From the human T2T-CHM13v2.0 reference genome, Homo sapiens: a stretch of 64,000 nucleotides of DNA. The DNA lies in the NCBI RefSeq assembly GCF_009914755.1, contig NC_060935.1, one strand, 5' to 3'. The first letter of the stretch is position 1, and the number at the start of each line of letters is the position of its first letter. Below are positions 26,250 to 39,381 of the stretch, one piece after another. The position numbers and the translations under genes are program-made. Below the pieces are notes generated by a model. It was not told the DNA's origin, did not search any database, and saw only the letters and a program-made list of their open reading frames with translations.

Positions 26250-27284
26250 CTGCAGGCAAGGAGAACAACACAGGCGTGGGACTTTCTGAGGACAAGTGGA
26301 GGGGGCAGAAGCACGCCTTGCTTAGGGCTGTGGAATCCAGCTTAACGACGTGACCTTGGGTGTCAGAAAGGCTGACCACCCTGGGCACCAGGGAATCGCC
26401 TTTCAGTGAGACATTTAGAAATAGATCATTTGAGGGGGCTGGCCTCAGCACATGCCGATTCTCTTTCTTGGAGAGCAGGGACAAGACTTGGCATTTCCTG
26501 GAGCCCTCTGAACTCCGGATTCTGAAATTTTGCCAAGGTGCCAAGGCTTGCTGCTGGGGGCCTTTATTAGTGGTGCTGCTGACATGTAACCATTTGTTCT
26601 GAACTTTAAATAGTCACCACATAACCATTTTCCATGAGAATCACTTGGCTCTTACCTCATGAGTGAGTGTGGCTTTATGTTCTGAACCTTGGTGTTTTCA
26701 ATGCTTCACAATGTGTGGCTCTGCCCAGAAATGTACACCTTGGGTACTTTTCTGACTGGCTCTTCAGGGATCGTTTGGAAAGTGGTAGCTGACATTTCAC
26801 AAGAAGAGAAGATGAAGAACTGAGGCTATGTGTCTTAACAGCAAGAGCTTTCCACTGAACTTCAAGGGATTGCTTAGTCCTGGCTCTGTCACCAGTTAGA
26901 TGCAGTGATCTTTGACAAGTCATATGACTTGCCAGACCTCAGTTTCCTAATCTGTAAAATGCGCTAGTGTGAAGACCAAACATAATAAAGTATAGGAGGA
27001 AGGTGCTTTAAAATCTTAAAAGATAATACAAGGAAAAAGCCTCAGAAAATAGAATTATATACAAAATTCCAATTTATCTGACCCCATTGCTAGCCCTGAT
27101 TCCTTTGCAAAGTCTTAGCTTTAGTTGCTGACCTTAAAGTGAATTGTCAGGGCAGAGAAACCAAGGACATCCTGCCACCCTCAGGCCGCTTGGCTCTTAG
27201 ATTGTAGAAACTTTTCTGACCATTCGGAACATGCTGTGTGTCCAGCACAAAGCCCTGTCCAATTTCAAATTCATCTATGGCAGA

Positions 27285-27615
27285 GACGACTAGTTCTTCA
27301 CCCCAAACTCATTGCCTTTCCTTCCGGGGCACCTGTCGGCCCACATTTCCCAGCCCACTTTGCAGTTGAGTGTGCTCATGTGACTGAGCTACGGCCAATG
27401 GGATGCAAGCGGAAGTGACGTCCACCAAGTCCAGGTAAAGGCTGTTAAGGAATGATTACGCCCTCTCCTTCTCTTTCTCCTTCCATCTGCCAGATACAGA
27501 TGGCAAGGATACAAATGACAAGGAGAGGGGGGTTATGGAGCCACAGCTGGAAGGAGTCTGGTCCTTGAATCACCATTTGGAGAAAAAACGTTTGTCAACC
27601 AGGAATCCCCACTTT
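27285..27615. mobile_element. MLT1-type MaLR LTR fragment
   Basis: catttcccagcccactttgcagttgagtgtgctcatgtgactgagctacggccaatggg...ggagtctggtccttgaatcacc. Confidence 0.65.
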
Positions 27616-27796
27616 GGACTGTTGGGGTTGGGAGTGTGGGAAATCTTTGTGTCTAAGCTCCATGTGTTCCAGGGTCTGGTTGTTAGAGTCCTAATCCAGT
27701 GCTCTCTCCAGCTGCAGATGATCCCATCCTGCCTGCACAGCTTCTCCAGGGGAGATAGACACACAGAAGCCCACGAGAGTCAAATAAGAGCCATAC

Positions 27797-27931
27797 CTTC
27801 CAGGCGAGTCACAAACAATTCTGCCTTCTGACAGTCATAGTCCAGGCAGTAGTGGAGTTTGGGGGCCTGGTTCCAACTGGCAGCCTTCTCTGGGTTCCAG
27901 GTCTCCATGACACAGACATCCTCCACCACAC
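27797..27931 (-). CDS. SYT13: SYT13 exon 3
   Basis: Acceptor tcttaacAG; (G)VVEDVCVMETWNPEKAASWNQAPKLHYCLDYDCQKAELFVTRLE; donor AAG|GTATGG; 135 nt. Confidence 0.96.
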
Positions 27932-28358
27932 CTGTTAAGAAAGTCGAAATCGTCACTGCCACCCACACTGGGGTTCTGCTTTCCTGATTACACCTTTCTC
28001 ATCTCTATCACCTATGCCAGGAACCCAAACCCAAGTCTTCCCAGCTGTGTGCAGAATCACAGTGGCCACACCAAGACAACAGGTGGGGTCAATGTCACAG
28101 CCCATTAGGCTGCATCTGTGTCCACTGGCTCCCTCATCAACCACACAAAACAAAACAGAGACTACACAACAATCTACTCTCCCTGCTTTATGTTTTGTCT
28201 TTCTAAAACGCCTACATATTCTTTGGGTCAGGGACGATCATGTCTCTTCTTCCCATATCTTCCCCAGTGCCCAGCAGCAGCATGGTACACCTAAAGGTGC
28301 TGCACTCTTGATGTGGATGCTGATGAAAAGGAGAGTAGAAATAATAACAATATGTTTC

Positions 28359-28650
28359 GACGGGGCATGGTGGCTCATGCCTGTAACCCCAGCACTTCGA
28401 GAGGCCAAGGCAAGAAGACCACTTGAGCCCAGGAATTTGAGACCAGCCTGGGCCACATAGTGAGATCTCATGTCTACAAAAATAAGCAAAAATTATCTGG
28501 GCATGGTGGCATGCACCTGTAGTCCTAGGTACTCAGGAGGCCGAGGTGAGAGGATCACTGGAGCCTGGGAGATTGAGGCTGCAGTGGCCCACGATCATGC
28601 CACTGAACTCCAGCCTGGGAGACAGAGCAAGACCCCATCTCAAAAAAAAA
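28359..28650 (+). mobile_element. AluJ-like
   Basis: Diverged Alu dimer with cacttgagcccagg and a poly(A) tail. Confidence 0.92.
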
Positions 28651-29191
28651 GTGCCTGGGACCTTATCTCAAAAAAACAACAAAAAACCCAATATGTTTTT
28701 TGTTACCTCCTTTGTGCCAGGCTCTGAATTAAGCATTCTATGTGTGTTATTTTATCTACACTTTACAACTCCCCTACCAGACAGATAATAGTCTAGTCTC
28801 ATTTTATAGATGAAGAAACCGAGGTTCATGGAGTTACAGCATGACCCATGCCACACAATAAGTGTATGAAAGGGCAGCAAATTAAACCCTTGACTCTGAA
28901 GCCCATGGTTTTAACCATGGCTCTTTATCCTCTCTCATAGTTGCACACATATGACTTGAAAGGGACTCCATTTTCCAGTGGAAAGTTGGCGGTCTGGGGG
29001 AGAAGTGCTATGGCAACATGTTGTCAGGAAGAAAGGACCATAATTCTGAGGCCCAGTGCCCATCTGCTTGGCCAGCGTCAAATGCCGGGGCACTCGGCCT
29101 CCTCATCAGGCCACACACAGCATCTACAGAGACATTGACAAGCCCCACTGGAGTGCTGCCCATGGAAGTGCAGGGGGCAGGAGACCCCTAC

Positions 29192-29417
29192 CATTCTGAG
29201 GGAGGATGAACAGCTCCTCTGTGACCTGCCTCTTGAGGCGACTGTCATTCGGGGGTTGGGGGCTGGCAGGTGCAGTGGGCTCCTCCGTAGACCTCAGTGA
29301 ATAGTCTGCATAGTTGATGACCTCTGGAGCCGTCACAGCTGGCCTGGGTCCATAGATGTCTGGGAACTTGAGGAGGGCACGGGGCTGAACAGGTTCCGTG
29401 GACTTTTTAACATTGAA
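29192..29417 (-). CDS. SYT13: SYT13 exon 2 (linker)
   Basis: Acceptor tttgtgtttgcAG; FNVKKSTEPVQPRALLKFPDIYGPRP...TEELFILPQN(G); donor ATG|GTAGGG; 226 nt. Confidence 0.97.
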
Positions 29418-29779
29418 CTGCAAACACAAATTACTCTGATTAGTCCACAAAGGAGCCCTCTTGTCTGTTTCCCCCCATGGAAGGGAGAAACGGTGAACTG
29501 ACCTGTTGTAGGATGCAGAGGGAGAGTTGTGGTTTCATTCTGCTCTGAAGAGCACAACCTAGGAAGGTCTAACATCATCTCCAAACCCACTCAAATCCAC
29601 AATCCACTGAGATGTGGGCCTTGTTCATCCATACCTCCTCCATCCATCGGCCCATCCATCCTATGGCTGCGCCCATGGATATTGCCTGGACCTGCTGCAG
29701 GTGGTCCCCACTCTGCTGCTCTCATCTGCTCCCCTTGCCTCTTCCTTCTCCCTTCTCCCTTCCTCCCTCCTCTTCTCCA

Positions 29780-30520
29780 CCTAATGGCTCAGAAATGCCA
29801 GTGGCTCCCACCACACAAAATCCAGACTCCTTGCAGCTTGCCTAGCTTGATCCTGCTCATCTCTCTGATATCGCCCCCAATCCTTCCTTTGCTCATCTCC
29901 AGTCACTGAGCTCCCTGCTTCTCAAACAGCTTGGGCTCTTTCCTTGGTCCAGCTTCCAGCCCCTAACTTTTCCTCCCAAACTGTCCACCCCTACCTCCAC
30001 CTGTTTTTGCATGGCTGGCTCCATCTCACACCTGAAGTCTGAACCAAGGAGTCCATCTCTAACCTTACAATCTAAATTAAATCCCTCCCCCAAGCCTGTC
30101 CCTCCCTATCACCACATCCCACTCTTTGCTTCACAGCATCAATCTCACCCTATATTGTTTTGGTCATAGGCTGGCCTATTTGTATTAAGACTCTCCCACT
30201 AGCATGTGAGATCTATGAGCACAGGAATTATGTCTTGTCTTGCTCCTGCCTAGATTAGCCTGGTCCAAAGCCCACTGCCCCTATGGCTCTCAATGTTTGT
30301 CCTGCCTTCAAATCTTTCCCCAGCAGAGCAGTCCCCATCGGAAATATTTATCATCTTATTACACACAGCAACTAGTCACCCTAGGAGAGACATGTATGAC
30401 TTGCAAAATCAATTTCCCTTTGCACCTCCACCCCCAGTAAGAGTGTCACTGGGCATCAAGTTGCTGTGTCCCTTGTGACTAGCATGGTGTCAGCTCACAG
30501 GGAGCATGCAATCAATACCT
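29780..30520. mobile_element. L2 3' fragment interrupted at ~30246-30460 by a local duplication
   Basis: cactagcatgtgagatctatgagcacaggaattatgtcttgtcttgctc | insert | ttgctgtgtcccttgtgactagcatggtg...caatcaata follows the L2 tail consensus. Confidence 0.65.
30248..30460 (+). repeat. ~210-bp direct repeat, copy 1 (partner 31669-31883)
   Basis: Colinear with copy 2 from gcctagat to ggcatcaag; roughly 85% identical by eye. Confidence 0.95.
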
Positions 30521-31668
30521 GTGACTAGGGCTGCCATATTGAATGGTTTGTGCACTGCACAAAAATCTCTGGATGAGGACAGAGTAGAAGCCAAAATGTA
30601 GCCTGTGTACCACTTGCCCAATTGTGTGCTCTAGGCTAGGCCCTTTTCGCTTGGAACGAAAGGGAATCTTTCTTTTCAAAAAGACCCACCTGCTTGTCAA
30701 CCCTTAAGTATATGGGGCTCCTCACACAGCATCTACAGAGACATTGACAGGGATCTTCTGTCTTTCCCTCCTATTTGAGAGACTCAAAGTTGTATGACAG
30801 GTAGCAATAGGAGCCTTCCTGGTCCTCAGGATTGAAGGCCAGGTCTAGAGCTTAAACTGCTGGCACTCTGGGTGGGCAGCCCATAAAAAAGCCCTCAGGT
30901 TAAGACAGGCGGATCTGAAGACTGAGGTCTATGACTGAGTCTCCCAAGAAACCTCCTGCCCTCCATGCTAGCCCTCCTGGCCCTCCCATCTCCATGGCTG
31001 AAGCGAGTAGTGGGTGCAGATGGCTGGCAGCAGGACTCAGGCTGCCCTACCCAGTGGCAGCAGTGATCCTGCACTGTGTAGGGGAGGGAGTGGACGTGGT
31101 CTGGCAGGAGAGGCAGTTAACAGTTTACACTATTTCAAAAAGTTGTGTTTCTAATTTTTGTACCCTCTTTATTTAATTATCCCAGGATGAATCCTGGACA
31201 TTCTGCCCTGGTTGAGACTCTGTCCCCAACCATTCCTGAAGGAGACCGGACCTAGGTGACAGGGGCATTCCTTAATTAGTTTCATCCATTGGACAAACAG
31301 AGGGGATGTGGATAAGAAGCTGCAGCAGGGCCCAAAGGGGCAGGAAGCAGGGGCCGGACTCTCGGGACCTCTTGGACAACCACTTCCTGCCCCTGCATTT
31401 CCAAGTGTTTTCTTCTGAACTTCCCTAAAAGGTAGAGCTTACCCCTCTTGTACAGATAAGGAAACTGAGGCTCGGAGAGATAAGAAACCCTCAGTTCTTC
31501 TCTCAGAAACACTGCACAGTAGATTATAAGGTAACCCAAGCGAGGACCTGATTCTAGCCTGATCACCACTGAATGTGCCTGGCACGCATAGGCTCTAAAA
31601 GCATTTCTGACTTCGGTGGAGTGAAGTCACTTGGAATCATGCAGCTGGTGAGGGCAGCAGCAGAGTAA

Positions 31669-31883
31669 GCCTAGATCAGCCTGGCCCAAAGCCCACTGCC
31701 CCCATGGCTTTCGACATTTTTCCTGCCTCCAAATCTTTCCCCAGCACAGCAGTCCCCATCAAAAACATTTATCATTATCTTGTTACACACAGCAACCAGT
31801 CACCCTGGGAGGGACATGTATGATTTACAAAATCAGGTCCCCTTTGCACCTCCACCCCCACTGAGAGTGTCACTGGCATCAAG
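31669..31883 (+). repeat. ~210-bp direct repeat, copy 2
   Basis: gcctagatcagcctggcccaaagcccactgcccc...tttgcacctccacccccactgagagtgtcactggcatcaag. Confidence 0.95.
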
Positions 31884-33229
31884 GAGGCTGGCTTCCAGTA
31901 CCAACCCTGCCGCTGGAGCTGGGTCACTTTGGGCAGGTCATCTCACCTCTCTGGGCCGTCACCTTAAGTGACAAGTGATTTGCAGGCTATCCCACTCCAC
32001 ATTCTGAGTTGCTTTTTTAGGCTGCAAAGAGATGAGAGACACCATTGCTTTATTTTCAGGTATAGGTGAGTTAGGGATGATCACAAACAGGTGAAATAAA
32101 TAAGTATATTTGGCCACTCTGGACCACAATACAGAAGCAGACGGGAGGCAGTATGTGTAAATAACACATGATGGCCAGTGCACAGTACATGCAGGGCACA
32201 ATCAGGGGTGCCTGGGAGGCCGAGCTGGCCTTCAGGGAGGAGCCAGGGCATGACTGAGACATTGAAAGAGAGGGGGATTTGGAAGGCAGAGGCGAAGACC
32301 GGGCTTGGGGGAGTAAAAGTCTGTGCTTCTGACAGCAGATGCTCAGGGTCCTTGGAGGAGACACACAGAGCGATGACTAATGTCCCCGTCTTTCTACCCT
32401 ACACAAAGTCACCTCCACCTTCAATATCTCATATAACTCTGTATTACCTTCATCCTACTGTTTCACAATGAGGAAACTGAGGCTCAGGGAAGCTCACGAT
32501 CATACAACTGACAAGTGGTATGTATCATCCAGCCTCCAGATGTTTTCACTTCAAATTTCTTGTCATTTCCATTGCCCTGCAGCTGCTTCTCAACACCACC
32601 CCCTTGCCCCCTGCAAAATCCCTGTCAGTCTTGCCACTGGATTCTAAATGGCAATCACAGCATCTCAGGGGCCCACCCACTGCCACTCCCTCCCATTCAT
32701 CGGCACAAAAGCGTTCCCAGAGGCTGCTGGGCCTCAGCACACACCTGACTTAAAGTCACCCTCTACTGTCACTTGGTTGGGACCAGAACTAAGACTGTTT
32801 GGGTGGTCTGGGAAACATTTTTGTGTTTATGTTTGGTTTCATCCCAATTCAATCGTCTGAGAAAAGGGCTGGGCTTCATTCCCAGTTTGATGCAATTTGG
32901 ATGAATTTGCATTTTCAAGGGGGAAATAATCACTGGGCTCAGCTCTGAATGAAGTTCACTCTGTGTTGCCTCAAGTCTTGACACTCTGGCTCTGCCTTCC
33001 TCCCTCCTCAGTGGATCTCAATTTGTATGTCCCTGATAACCTCAGGAGCTTGTTACCAGAGCTTAAAATGCACCCCTAGAGCAAAAGATTGGGCATTTCT
33101 TGGTTGTCTACCAATATCCATTCCCTCTCCCATCTACCCGCCCTACACAACACCAGGTTGTCTAGGTTCCATCCCATCCCCAGCTCCCAGGAAGAGGTCA
33201 GATCCTTCCATTTCTTGGCATTATCTTGG

Positions 33230-33570
33230 TGACTGATTCCCAGGGGTTGGCACCAGTCCTGGGGAAACCAACCCAGATGGAATGGAGGGACTTGGATTCC
33301 ACAGTAGTAGAAGTCCCCTCCTCCCTGGACAGGAAGCGGGTGGCCCTGCCTTGTGACTGCAAGGTGAGTCAGCCTTGGGGCAGCAGAGTGGAGAGACAGA
33401 AAGAACCTGTGTCCTTGATGGCAATGTCATTAAGCTGCTCAGCCAACCAATCCAGCAATCTGTCTTGCTTCTGCATTTCAAGTTACGTGAGTAGTACTGT
33501 TCTTATTGTTTAAGCCAGTTTGAATTGGGATTTTTGTGCCTTGCAGCCAAGAGCATCCCAAACTGATGCA
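33230..33570. mobile_element. MLT1-type MaLR LTR fragment
   Basis: agaacctgtgtccttgatggcaatgtc...ttgtttaagccagtttgaattggga...ttgcagccaagagcatcccaaactgat. Confidence 0.65.
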
Positions 33571-34854
33571 TTGCCTTTTTCAAGCATCACAGGAGATCAT
33601 GACCCTGGTGTAGAGAAACTGGGCCTAGGGTAGAAAGAAACCCTCTTGAATCTCTGCATCCAGCCCAAGGCATCCTCATTTGCTGTTTATTCTTATCCCA
33701 CTTTATCCTGTGTGGCAAATGGCTGGCTTTAGCTGGGAATGACTTACAGCCTTTGCCCAGGCCAAGAGCAGAGTCTGATGACAGCTACATGAGTCTTTTC
33801 AAGGAGCAAAAGCAGCAGCTGATTACCTATCTCCTTCTCTTGTGCAATCTTATTTATTGCATTTCAAACCTGGTTCCATCACATCTTTCAAATGCATCTA
33901 TATTTGCACTTAAATAGCTGAAACTTCAGTGCCAGAGAAACAGAAAATAGGTTCAGGGGTTGAGAGAGGGAGCCTGGGAGAGGGTTCTAGGTGAAGAACA
34001 AGAATGTCTGGGGGAAGGAGGTGCTCAGGGTAGCAGGGCCCTAGAGAGAGACCTTGCTCCAGCCTTCCACCATGGGTGCAGGAGGGACAGGACTTAGAAT
34101 CAGATATTCTCTGTCTACGTGTCCCTTGAAGCCCAGGAATAGAGCCTGGGAAGTATATCTGCAGGATGAATGAGGGAAGATTTCCAGTGGAGACAGGCAT
34201 TCAACAATTAGAGGATGGGTGCACAGCTGTTCTTGGCATTGCATGCACATCTGGATAGAAGAATCACACCCTCAGATGTGCATCAGACCCCTCAAATGCC
34301 TCCTTAGATTCTCCGCCTCACCTGTCCCTGGGACCTTTGGCTGCTTGCTCCCCCCACTGTGTCCAACCAGCTGTCCATGGGCACAGCAACACAGGTCCTC
34401 ACACTGGGCTCAAGCCATGCCCCTCTTGCCTTCTGCCCTGGGACTTCTCCATGCCTGCTGAGTTGTGAGACACCAGGGACACTCTGTCCACTCAGAAGCA
34501 ACCCGGATGTGCAGAGAGTTAAAGCTCCATAGGGGAACTCAGCAACAAAAACCCAAACAACCTGATTCAAAATGAGCAAAGGATTTAAATAGACACTTCT
34601 CCAAAGAAGATATGCAAATGGCCAATAAGCACATGAAAAGATGCTCATCATCACTAATCACCAGAGAAATGCCATTAAAACTACAGTGAGATACCACCTC
34701 ACACCCATTAGGATGGCTACTATCAACAAAACAGAAAATAACAAACATTGGTGAGGATGTGAAGAAATCGGAATTCTGTGCACTGCTGGTGGGAATGTAA
34801 AATGTATCACTGCTGTGGAAAACAGTATAGTATTTTCTTAAAAAATGAAAAATA

Positions 34855-35598
<744 letters not shown>

Positions 35599-35969
35599 CT
35601 ATGAACAGATGAATAAATAAACAAAATGTGGTATATCTATATAACGGAGTATTATTCTGCCATAGAAAGAAGGAATGTTCTGACACAGGCTACAACATGG
35701 ATGATCCTTGAGGACATGATGCCAAGTGAAATCAACCAGTCACAAAAAGACACATATTGTATGATTCCACTCAAATGAAATACTTAGAGTCCTCAAAATC
35801 ATAGAGACAGAAAGTAGAATGGTGGATGCCAGAGGCTGGGGCAGGGGAAAATGGGAAGTTATTATTCAATGGGTATAGATTTTTAGTTTTACAGCACAAA
35901 AAGTGTTATGGAGATGGATGGTGGTGATGTTTGTACAACATCCTGAATGAATTAATACCACTGAACTGA

Positions 35970-36246
35970 GGCTGGGCGCGGTGGCTCATGCCTGTACTCT
36001 CAGTACTTTGGGAGGCTGAAGCAGGAGGATGGCTTGAGCCCAGGAGATAGAGACAAGCATGGACAACATAGTGAGACCCCATTTCTACAAAAAATACAAA
36101 AATTATTTGGGTATGGTAGTGCACGCCTGTAGTCCCAGCTACTCAGGCGGCCGAGGTGGGAGGATCACTTGAACCCGGGAGGTGAAGGCTGTAGTGAGCC
36201 GAGATTGCACTGTTGCCCTCCAGCCTGGGCAAAGAGGGAGATCCTA

Positions 36247-36295
<49 letters not shown>
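35970..36295 (+). mobile_element. AluJ-like with a (CA)n tail
   Basis: Dimer whose tail is (CA)~23; target-site duplication cactgaactg / cattgaactg. Confidence 0.93.
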
Positions 36296-36299
<4 letters not shown>

Positions 36300-37279
36300 A
36301 CTGTACACTTAAAAATGGTGAAGATGGTAAATTTTATGTTATGTTCTTTTACCATAATAAAAAAAAAGAGAGAAAAAACCCCAAACATCTCCATGGGAGG
36401 AACTCGAGCCCTGTGAGCAGGAAGACAGGCAATGAATTCTCCTTCCTCCTCCTCACTATTCCCAGAAGTGCCTTCAGTCGCCTTTTGGAAGATGACCCCT
36501 GGAAATCCAGCAGTCACCCTGGATGCCAAGTGGCAGTGACTCAGTAATGCCCCTGTGCTTGTCCTCTCTCCTCCCAGGCCCTGCCCACCATTCCCTGGCT
36601 CCTGCTTCCTCATGAAGGGTAGCACAGACGCCTCCGGCTCTGCCTCCAGTAATAATCCAGGCAGAGACAGATGGCACGGGGGGTGGAACCTGAACCTTCA
36701 TTAATGAACAAATATTTACTGAGCCCCACTACAGGCCAGGTCCTATACTAAGTGTTCAGAATATGGGAGTAAACAGGACAGATGCTGTCCTTCCCTTATG
36801 GGGCTTATGTTGGAAAACCAAAACTTAATTATGTAGTTAATGATCTGTAAACAAACGTTTAACCTTACCAAAGATGCTAGGTGACCCCTTTTGTGACATG
36901 ATTAATTTTTCACCTTAGGGCTGTTTATTAATTTGGGGTTTCATGCTGGGACATCCCTCTTACAGTAGCACTGCACCACCCAGGAGGTTGCAGGTGGGGG
37001 AAGCAGATCCAGCTGAAAAAGAGGTCATCTTTGCTCCTTAAACTTGAACTTTAAAAAAGGGGAGGGCAGAGAAGAAGCATCCAGTTGAGCATCCAGTATT
37101 CAGATGATGCCAACCATGGGCCACTGCTGCTGCTGGGGTCTATAGTATAGCTAAGCCCCCGCCAAGGGGGTAGTGAGGCCAGGGCAAAGGGACCTGCAAG
37201 AGTCTGTCGCTCTGGCCTCTAATACTGGCGATTATGCACACTAACGTGTATATAATGAAATATATCCTGCTGGTCAGGT

Positions 37280-37500
37280 ATTCAGGCTCTAAAACAAGAC
37301 AGCTTAGTTGGAGTCTGGGCTCTGTCAATTACTTGCTGTGTGACCTTGGGTCTGATTAATTAACTTCTCTGTGCCCAGTTTCTTCATCTGTAAAATGGGG
37401 ATGCTAACAATAGCATCTATCTCCTGGGGTTGGATTGAGGCTTAGATAAGATAACTCACGCAGAGCTCTTAGGACAGAGGCTAGCCCAGCCAACCCTCGA
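37280..37500. mobile_element. MIR (one of many; others at ~10770, 21540, 21900, 24400, 26860, 28720, 40570, 42060, 43160, 52660 and 57770)
   Basis: MIR core tgtgaccttgg...taacttctctgtgcccagtttcttcatctgtaaaatgggg. Confidence 0.8.
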
Positions 37501-37759
37501 CAAATGTCGGCAATATTTATGTGACCCTAGGGTCTAGTCAGGTGCTACAAAAAGTGGGGTTTGTGTGTAGGGACCAGTTGATGAACTACTTTTTGTTGTT
37601 GTTACTTTTTTACTCATTTGTGATAAATATAGACATTGAGTGTGAGCATTACAACAAAACTAAACTAAGCTAAACTGGATCCTCTCTCACAGATGGTTGG
37701 GGAAGCTCTGGTCTAGATCAAGCATTCTCACATCAGAGCCACCATGGTAGGTGCCTCTA

Positions 37760-38272
37760 TGATGAGACCTCTCAGGGTCCCGTCCCTTGGTGTCCACGCC
37801 CTTGTATAATCCCCTGTCCTTGAGTATGGGCTGGACCTAGTGACTTGCTTCGAATGAACAGATTATGCAAATGTGAGAAGACAATGCTTCTAAGATTAGA
37901 TTACCAAAAAAATGACATTCCATTTTCCTTGCTCTCTCTCACCCACTCCCTCTGATAAAACACACTGCAATGTTGAAAGCTTTCCTATAGAGAGCCCCAT
38001 GTGCAAAGACCCGAGGGCACCGCAGGAAGAACTGAATCCTGCCAACAACCACAAGAGGAAGCTTGGAGGTAGAGGTTGCCCCAGTCAAACCCTGAGATGA
38101 GCACAGCCCCAGAGGACACCTTGACCACAGCCTGGCAGAGATTCTGAGCCAAAGGACCTAGGTAAGCCATGACTGGATTTCTGACCCCACAGAAACTGAG
38201 ATAATAAGCATTGTTGTTTTAAGCCATTGTGTTTTGGGGTAGTTTGTTACACAGCAATAGATAACTAATACA
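37760..38272. mobile_element. MLT1E/F-like MaLR LTR
   Basis: ccttgtataatcccctgtccttgagtatgggctggacctagtgacttgcttc...aactgagataataagcattgttgttttaagcc...gttacacagcaatagataactaataca. Confidence 0.85.
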
Positions 38273-38791
38273 GCTGTTTGTGAGAATTACCCAGGAAGAT
38301 GTTAAAAAAAATGTAGACACCACTACACACCCACTAAAATGGCTAAAATCAAAAAGACTGACAACACCAGTGTGGACAAGGATGTGAGACATTTGGGATG
38401 GTCACTAGTGCCGGTGGAAGGGAAAATGGCAAGCCACGTTGGAAAACTGGAAGTTTCTTAAAAGTTAAACATAAATCTACCCTATGACTCAACAGTTTTT
38501 ATCCACTCCCACGTATTTATCCAAGAGAAAGGAAAACATGAATCTGCAAGAAGACTTAGACATGGCTACTGAGAGCAACGTGACTCATCCTAGCCAAACG
38601 CTGAAAGCAGCCCAGCCTTCCACCAACAGGACAATGGAGAAGTCCATTGGGGCATATTCTTACAATGGAATATTCCTCGACCAACAAAAGGAATGAGTTT
38701 CAGGTACACTCAACAATAGAGAAGAATTACCAAAACATGCTGAGGAAAAGAAGACAGCTGTCTACGCATACATACTGCATGATTCCACTGA

Positions 38792-39381
38792 CAGTGCTGG
38801 ATCTCAGCCAGGGACAATTTGGCCGCTCAGGCGACATTTGCAGTGTCTGGAGACATTTTTGGTTGCCACAACTGGAGGCAGTGGAGCTGCTATTGACCAC
38901 AGTCACCATGGGGGTTGGGAGCTGTTCCTGGAGGCCAGGAATGCTGCTAAGCATGCCACAACATCAACCCCTATCTCAGTTTGGATAGCTATAAAACTTA
39001 CCGTAAACTGGGTAGCTTCGACAACAAATGTTCATTTCTCACAGTTCTAGAGGCTGGAAGTCCAAGATCAATGAGCTGGTGAATCTGGTATCTGGGGAAA
39101 GCCCACTTCCCGGTTTGCAGAGAGCCATTTTGTTGCATCCTCACATGGTTGAGAGCAGACAGCATCTCTCTCACATGTCTTCTTCAAGGGCACTAATCCC
39201 ATCATGAGGGCTTTACCCTCATGACCTGATCACCCCTCAAAGGGCCCACTTCCTAATATCATAGCCTTTGGGGTGAGAATTCCAACATATGAATTCGAGG
39301 GCACACATTCGTTCCCTAATTCCCCCACAACAAAGAATTATCAACCCAAAATGTCATTAGGGCTGAAGTTGGGAAACCCTG
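38792..39381 (+). mobile_element. MER20 (hAT-Charlie MITE), split into 38792-38971 and 39321-39381
   Basis: gacatttgcagtgtctggagacatttttggttgccacaactgg...gaggccaggaatgctgctaagcat | ... | cccccacaacaaagaattatc...gttgggaaaccctg. Confidence 0.85.
38972..39320. mobile_element. MLT1A-like MaLR solo LTR inserted in MER20
   Basis: tttctcacagttctagaggctggaagtccaagatc...gggcactaatcccatcatgaggg...caacatatgaatt. Confidence 0.85.

Noticed and set aside
26250-26544. In-frame upstream extension of the exon 4 ORF (likewise 17882-18023 for exon 6)
   Set aside because: Intronic read-through; canonical acceptors already give the 426-aa protein.
32046-32071. Microexon-like ttttcAG|GTATAG|GTGAGT on the + strand
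   Set aside because: Antisense to SYT13, with no evidence of a + strand transcript here.
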